Program-made: the position numbers and the translations under genes
Source: Eledone cirrhosa
Lineage: Eukaryota
Assembly: GCA_964016885.1 (NCBI GenBank)
Contig: OZ024747.1
Span: 57,846,001 to 57,910,000 of the forward strand
Direction: 5' to 3'
DNA: 64,000 nt
The notes under the pieces: model-generated
The model's database searches: none
Told to the model about the DNA's origin: nothing
What the model saw: the letters and a program-made list of their open reading frames with translations, nothing else
Shown here: one piece after another, positions 57,166-64,000 of the stretch
How the letters are laid out: each line of letters begins with the position of its first letter
How positions within the stretch are numbered: the first letter of the stretch is position 1

Positions 57166-57669
57166 TATATTATGTCAGGTCGTTCTCGAGTTCTAATGAT
57201 AACATGTAACTCAGTACAACCTGTCTCATGGTCGAATAAACAGGTAACCCCCACAAAGCATGCTTGGTGAGGAGGGTGATATTTGGACACGCTGCGGGAT
57301 GAAATACAAGGCCCGGCAAAGTCAATCGCCATCCAAAGAGTACTTTTAATTTTTTTACCCGGGAGTGAAAGTCTCCCAGTTATTGTCAAAACACCTTTCT
57401 AGGAGACGGAAACTCTGAAAGAAACACCTCCGGCTTCGAAAGCATCCGATGATGTTCACCAGTTCTCCTTTTCGGGTAGTGTTTTCTTTGCTCAGTGAGT
57501 TGGATTGGTCGAGTTCAGAGGCCATCCCCACTTTAAAAAAAATCTTCAAAGCACAGGCATGGCTTGTTAAGGATCTGTTACAGGTTTGTGTGTCTGGCCG
57601 TAGACTAAAGGTGCACCAGTTTCTGTAATCTGACAAGCGATTGCAATACTGTTAGCAGAGTTTGCAGCC

Positions 57670-57726
<57 letters not shown>

Positions 57727-57908
57727 CTGTGTGTGTGTGTGTTTGTCATTATACACAGTCACAAATTCTCCACGTACGCATATCCTCATACGTATAAGTA
57801 TGATTATAAATGAAACCCAAGAGTAAGGGGCAATTGTTTGTGTTAACACGGAAGATGTACCACGCCCATGTTTTAGTAATAGGAGAGTTCACGGTAATAC
57901 TAGTGCGC

Positions 57909-57956
<48 letters not shown>

Positions 57957-58309
57957 GTGGAGGGGGAGGGGGTCTGTGTTGGGTGGGGTCGTGTGTTTGT
58001 GTATATGTACGTGTCTCAGTGAAGATGTGTAAAGATGGAATTTCCAACAGGAATGAATTAAAAAAGGAAATACATAAATAGGTTGATATCTAAATATCGA
58101 CAGTAGCAACAACAACAGTAACTAATACTACTACTACTACTATACAGAACGCTATTTTTATGCTGGTGTGTGTTTATGTATATATATATATATTTTTTTT
58201 TTTTTCATGATAAGAACAAGTTACAGCAAAGAATCGCTGCTTTCACCCTTAACGCGATATTCTGAGACTTATCGAGTCCTCTTTGGATTTTAGTCTTCAC
58301 ATTTATTAT

Positions 58310-58352
<43 letters not shown>

Positions 58353-58359
<7 letters not shown>

Positions 58360-59039
58360 ACTAGAAATAGATTGACACATATATATATAAAACAAACACA
58401 TGAAACGATCTCAGGGAATAATTTGTAAAGTGTGTAAGCACACATAGCTAGGTAGGTAACTAATTAAAGTTTAACTAGAACTTCAAACATTTTGAAATGA
58501 TTAATCTCCTTTGTATATATTTCTTTAAATAAAAAATATATTTCACCATTTAACCAGTAAATCACACCGGTCAAATCCTGGATGGTCACCAAAGGAGAAG
58601 ATCCAACCATTTGCGTTTACACAGCAAGTCTCTGAATGACTCGAACTACGTGTTGCATTTTATAAAAAAATACAGACATCGCACCGCGTCATCGCAGTGG
58701 CGTGAATAGGATTATCGACAGCTAGAAATATTAGTCGAGTCCATTCAACTGAATTAGCTCTACAATCAAGGGGCCGTATATATATATCCAAAATTAAATT
58801 AAGGTTGTCATGTCTGAGAGACATGCGCCATATTACTTTAATTAGTTACCTACCTAGCTATGTGTGCACTTGACAAATTATTCCCTGAGATTGTTTCATG
58901 TGTTTATTTTATATATATATGTGTCAATCTATTTCTAGTTGATATAAAATGCTCGAATCTATTCATTGGAATCTTTGAGCTTATTCTGCACTCAATATGG
59001 TGCATGTCTCTCAGACATGACAACCTTAATTTAATTTTG
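58353..59039. repeat. Two interleaved inverted repeats
   Basis: 58353-58470 versus 58835-58945; 58789-58833 versus 58994-59039. Confidence 0.85.
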
Positions 59040-60094
59040 TATATATATATATTATTGGTAAAAATTCAAAGTAAAAATGTTCAGAGATTTATTTACAGAA
59101 TCATTCTACTTGAATATAACAAAACAAATATATCTCTATTTTGCACATCAAGTAAATTTAAGTATTATCAAATATCTTTTACCAGCTTCGATTGGTTACG
59201 ATTATATTATAAAATAATAATTAATTTACATTATTAAATTCTATTATCATATTTTGTGAGCTATAAAAACAAATGAATGTTTTTATTTGTTTTTCAAACT
59301 TCCATCTATGATATAGTCTTTTGTGTTGTTTGTGTGGTGGGGATGAATGGTACGTTGGAAAAGGTCATGATTCTATTGATTCAGTAGAAAATTGTGTGTA
59401 ATCAAATATATACACGAATAGTATTATGGTGTCCTGTGGTTTTTATATGAATGTGTGTGTGTGTGTGTGTGGGGGGGGGGTATGTGTATGGGTGTGCATG
59501 TGTGTGTATGTTTGAAAGAGAGGGAGAGAAAGAGAGAGTGTGTCTGTGCATGTGTGTGTATGTTTGAGAGAAAGCGAGAGAGAGTGTATGGGTGTATATG
59601 TGTATATACATATATATATATAGTTAGGGCTTTGCGAGGGTCAAGCTGCCAATATAAACTCACACACCAGTTGAGTCTCACATCGGCTTTTAATATTCGC
59701 CAGGTAACTAGTCAATTTATTGGTTGATTTAATAACCAGGTAGTTATTTACATCTGATAACTCTTTCGTTACACATTCTCTAACAATCCCAATCGACCAC
59801 TGAGTCTCTTCTTCGTGTTGATTTGTTTCTAGTTACTCCATCTTGCCTTTCACAAAAAGCCAAGATAAAGTATGTCCTGGGTCAAAGTGTGTTTGTATGT
59901 GTGTATATGTATGTGTGTATGTTTGTGTGTGTTTGTGTGTGTGAGTGTGCGTGTGTGCGTGTGCCGTTGTTTGTTTTTTTGTATGTATGTATGTATATAA
60001 TATATATTTGTTTATGTATGCATTTCTTCCAAGGGAATGGAAAATAAAAGAATAATAATAAACGGTACGTGTTGTAACATGCTTGTTTAATAAT

Positions 60095-60223
60095 TGTTTC
60101 TACTTTAGGCACAAGGCCAGCAATTACCCAGTACATTACTGGTACTTTATTTTATCGACCCCGTAATGATGAAAGGCAGAGTTAACCTCGGCGTGATTTG
60201 AACTCAGACTGTAAAGGGACGTA
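60095..60223 (-). mobile_element. SINE family 1, 5'-truncated
   Basis: 16-bp TSD ATGCTTGTTTAATAAT at 60079-60094 and 60224-60239. Confidence 0.9.
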
Positions 60224-60402
60224 ATGCTTGTTTAATAATATGCGTAAACACTAACACACACGGCAAGAGAGACCGGTATTCACAGAAAAGTGGGGGTGCA
60301 TACACATATATTTATTACTGTGATCATAGCAGAACCTGCACAAAAGCATTCATATGTGTTTATCAGTCTTTAGCTAGCTGTCTGTCTGTCTGTCTCTCTT
60401 TC

Positions 60403-60475
<73 letters not shown>

Positions 60476-60477
<2 letters not shown>

Positions 60478-60610
60478 CCACACACTTCCCACCTGAGGAA
60501 GGGCTTATGCCCGAAACGTCGTCCCCCACAAACACCCCGCTCTCCAGAGCGTGAAATTAATAAATATTCGTTGTACTGCATCTCTGTTTTGTCCCTGTTC
60601 AACTTTTTCC

Positions 60611-60611
<1 letters not shown>
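60476..60611 (+). mobile_element. 135-bp TA-flanked element with a minimal hammerhead (60491-60522)
   Basis: AC-CTGAGGA-A-GGGC ttat GCCC-GAAA-CG-TC-GT; AATAAA downstream. Confidence 0.8.
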
Positions 60612-60674
<63 letters not shown>

Positions 60675-60675
60675 G

Positions 60676-60707
<32 letters not shown>

Positions 60708-60737
60708 ATGTATGTATATATAATGTATATATATATA

Positions 60738-60860
<123 letters not shown>

Positions 60861-60861
60861 G

Positions 60862-60893
<32 letters not shown>

Positions 60894-60908
60894 ATGTATG
60901 TATATATA

Positions 60909-60965
<57 letters not shown>

Positions 60966-60994
60966 CATGAGATATATATATTTATAAATATATA

Positions 60995-61159
60995 GTAATA
61001 ATAATAAATTTGAAGACTAAAATCCAAAGAGAGCTCGATGAGGGTAAATATATATCAAATATATAAGAACCGTAGAGCAAATATATTGAGTTTCAGAAGA
61101 TCCCGTTAAGGATGAAAGCAGCGATTCTTTGTTTAAACTTTAATCTGTTATTTTAATAA

Positions 61160-61160
<1 letters not shown>
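60995..61160 (+). mobile_element. TA-inserted repeat family D (other pieces at 36680-36771, 58205-58312 and 12234-12259)
   Basis: Shared GAAGACTAAAATCCAAAGAG and GAAAGCAGCGATTCTTTG segments. Confidence 0.7.
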
Positions 61161-61190
<30 letters not shown>

Positions 61191-61221
61191 AAGAATCAAA
61201 GAACTGTTCAAAACATTATTG

Positions 61222-61268
61222 TGCTTACAGCTGTTTCCTCCAAACCAAGATTTGGATTCTTCGGAGCA
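61222..61268 (-). ncRNA. Type I hammerhead motif, U4C variant (family E)
   Basis: Minus TGCT-CCGAAGA-A-TCCAAA tcttgg TTTGGA-G-GAAA-CAGCTG-TA-AGCA. Confidence 0.75.
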
Positions 61269-61436
61269 ATTTATTAATGCATGGACAGTTATATGACCTC
61301 ATAAATAGTATAACTAATACTATATATATATATATATATAGTATAAATAAATAGTATAACTAATACTATATATAACTAATACTATATATAACTAATACTA
61401 TATATAACTAATACTATACATAAATAGTATAACTAA

Positions 61437-61500
<64 letters not shown>

Positions 61501-61604
61501 ATATATATATATATATACATTTATATTTGTATATGTGTATCTATCTATCTATCCCTCTTCCTGTCACTCTATCTTTCTCACCCCCCTCTCTCTGTTTAAA
61601 TATT

Positions 61605-61635
<31 letters not shown>

Positions 61636-61750
61636 GGATACTATTTATGGTTATGTATATACTAAAAGTTTTTATAGTTATATATATTTTAAACCCTAAA
61701 CAGTGCTTGTATTACATGTAACACCCTGCCACACAATAATCATATATAAA

Positions 61751-61809
61751 TGAGACACACGTACATGCCCCATGTGTAGTTACACGTGGGGCATGCACGT
61801 GTGTCTCAT
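61751..61809. repeat. Short hairpin with about 28-bp arms
   Basis: ATGAGACACACGTACATGCCCCATGTGTA versus TACACGTGGGGCATGCACGTGTGTCTCAT. Confidence 0.8.
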
Positions 61810-62062
61810 ACAATAACTACTACATCGGACTAACAAACTATCCTCTTGCATTATCTATGTTAACTGCCGAATGTATTTTAATTTTGTTTTAATTTTGTTT
61901 TAATTTTAATTTTAATTTTGATTTTGATTTTGAATTTGAATTGCTATACAGATATAATATGATATAATATATGTCACTCCACTGTATATCAATATATACA
62001 TATGCATCTGTATGTCTCTTGCGTTGGAAAGGAGGTCAATTATGTGTAGAAACATTGAAAAA

Positions 62063-62109
62063 TGCTCCGAAGAATCCAAGGGTAGGTTTGGATGAAACAA
62101 TTGTAAGTG
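62063..62109 (+). ncRNA. Type I hammerhead motif, U4C variant (family E)
   Basis: TGCT-CCGAAGA-A-TCCAAG ggtagg TTTGGA-T-GAAA-CAATTG-TA-AGTG-AATAAA; downstream flank homologous to the 61222 copy. Confidence 0.75.
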
Positions 62110-62143
62110 AATAAATGCTCTGAACATAGCTTTGATTCTTGTG

Positions 62144-62276
<133 letters not shown>

Positions 62277-62602
62277 AATATGGCAGATTAAAATGATTTC
62301 AACACATAATATGAAAGCTTGTACGGAAAGATATTAAGGGCACCGGGTGTGTGTTCCATGGACATGTTTCGATGAAGGGCCCTGGGCATAGAGTTTGATC
62401 TCTTACATTGTAATATAAGGTAAAGAAACTTATCAAGCGACATTTATTGCATTATCTTCGATGAGTATTTCCTTTTGCACCAAATGTCTTGTAATATAAT
62501 CCGCTACGTAGAACGATTCTCACAGAAGACTGCGACTCACTCACTTTGCCGTACACACCCAAATCAGACAAACACAAACACACTCACTTTCTTCTTCATA
62601 TA

Positions 62603-62700
<98 letters not shown>

Positions 62701-62758
62701 GGTATATATATGTGTGTATATATATACATACACATACATATATATATATATATATAGT

Positions 62759-62902
62759 TTTAATATAGATGAGATTCTACAGGACTAGAAAGAATGAAAC
62801 AGTTCTAGTCCTGTAGAATCTCATCTATATTAAACTTTTATACTATGCAATGTATTGAGTACCTTACTTACTGTGGTTACCTCCGATTCAACCCGGAATA
62901 AC
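62759..62902 (+). mobile_element. TA-inserted element with a perfect 32-bp fold-back (62759-62834); relative at 53285-53410
   Basis: Shared CAGGACTAGAAA and ATGTATTGAGTACCTTA. Confidence 0.65.
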
Positions 62903-62903
62903 G

Positions 62904-62934
<31 letters not shown>

Positions 62935-63360
62935 ATAATAACATATATAACAGCTTGATTTAATTATATATATATGTGTGTGTGTATGTACTTGTGTGTT
63001 GGTGGGTATGTGTGTAGGATGGGTCATCTTTTATACGATTATATACGAGAACAGGAATTAATGCAAGCATATTCGCTGCTATTAAATTAATATATGTAAC
63101 ATCGAAACATACATGTAAAACCATTTCAGGATGTAGCTCAAGGCATATTGATATTTAATGTATAGAGCTAATAGTATATACATATATGTTTAAATATGTT
63201 TAAATATATATACAGACACACATACACATATATAAACATGTATACACATGCATACACGCACACACACATATGTATATTTATGTAAATGTATATGTATGCA
63301 CATATTCATATATGTATATAAAATCTGATTGTTTTATATTTTGTATATATATATATATAT

Positions 63361-63549
63361 ATAGGAAAAAATATAACCCCGACGGCAGAGCTCAAGCCCT
63401 TTCGACGGCTATTTCCAGAAATAGTCGTCGAAACAGCTTGAGCTCTGCCGTCGGAGTCATACTTTTTCCTATTTCCCACTCTAATACCCTAAGTATTGAG
63501 TACTCTGGTGCGTTATGGTCCATCTGGTTCCTTACCACAATTCCTTTGT
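63361..63549 (+). mobile_element. TA-inserted element family B with a fold-back at 63361-63472
   Basis: Arms meet at TTTC-CA-GAAA; body matches 28121-28257. Confidence 0.8.
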
Positions 63550-63581
<32 letters not shown>

Positions 63582-63613
63582 TATATATATCTATATATCT
63601 AAATATATATATG

Positions 63614-63851
<238 letters not shown>

Positions 63852-64000
63852 ATACTTGGGGAGGGTCATATTTGTGTAATATTGCCAGAATTAATAACAG
63901 AACACACTCACTGTTTGGTTGGTTTTCGCTTCTCGCTTCTGTGTCTTTTATATCGGTAATCTAACTTACTCGGTCCTCAATGTTGCCATTGACTGACCGA

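Noticed and set aside
62355-62465. Minus-strand GAAACATGTC with upstream CGAAGA or TTGATAA
   Set aside because: Core incomplete or stem I unpaired; not counted

Overview
AT-rich eukaryotic non-coding DNA, dense in microsatellites and repeats. The SINE content and (TA)n load suggest a cephalopod/octopus-type genome (inference). No host protein-coding gene is recognisable, and nearly all ORF-track entries are translated microsatellites. Coding content is limited to non-LTR retrotransposon relics: CR1-like x2 (one with an uninterrupted 380-codon RT-to-C-terminus frame), a near full-length R4/Dong-like RLE element, a CRE-like RLE 3' half, L1/Tx1-like x2, and RTE-like 3' ends (two with C2H2 fingers). 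There are also two tRNA-derived SINE families and hAT and Tc1/mariner MITEs. The main unexpected signal: short, mutually unrelated non-coding islands lodged in (TA)n tracts carry minimal type-I hammerhead ribozyme motifs (stem I - CUGANGA - stem II - GAAA - palindromic helix III - UH - stem I'). I folded 20 such motifs by eye, in about 12 families. They show family-specific palindromes, apparent covariation and catalytic-core variants, and many sit in fold-back arrangements whose breakpoints fall at stem II/GAAA. This matches non-autonomous Penelope-like pLTR/retrozyme-type elements. All folds were done by eye and cleavage activity is untested.
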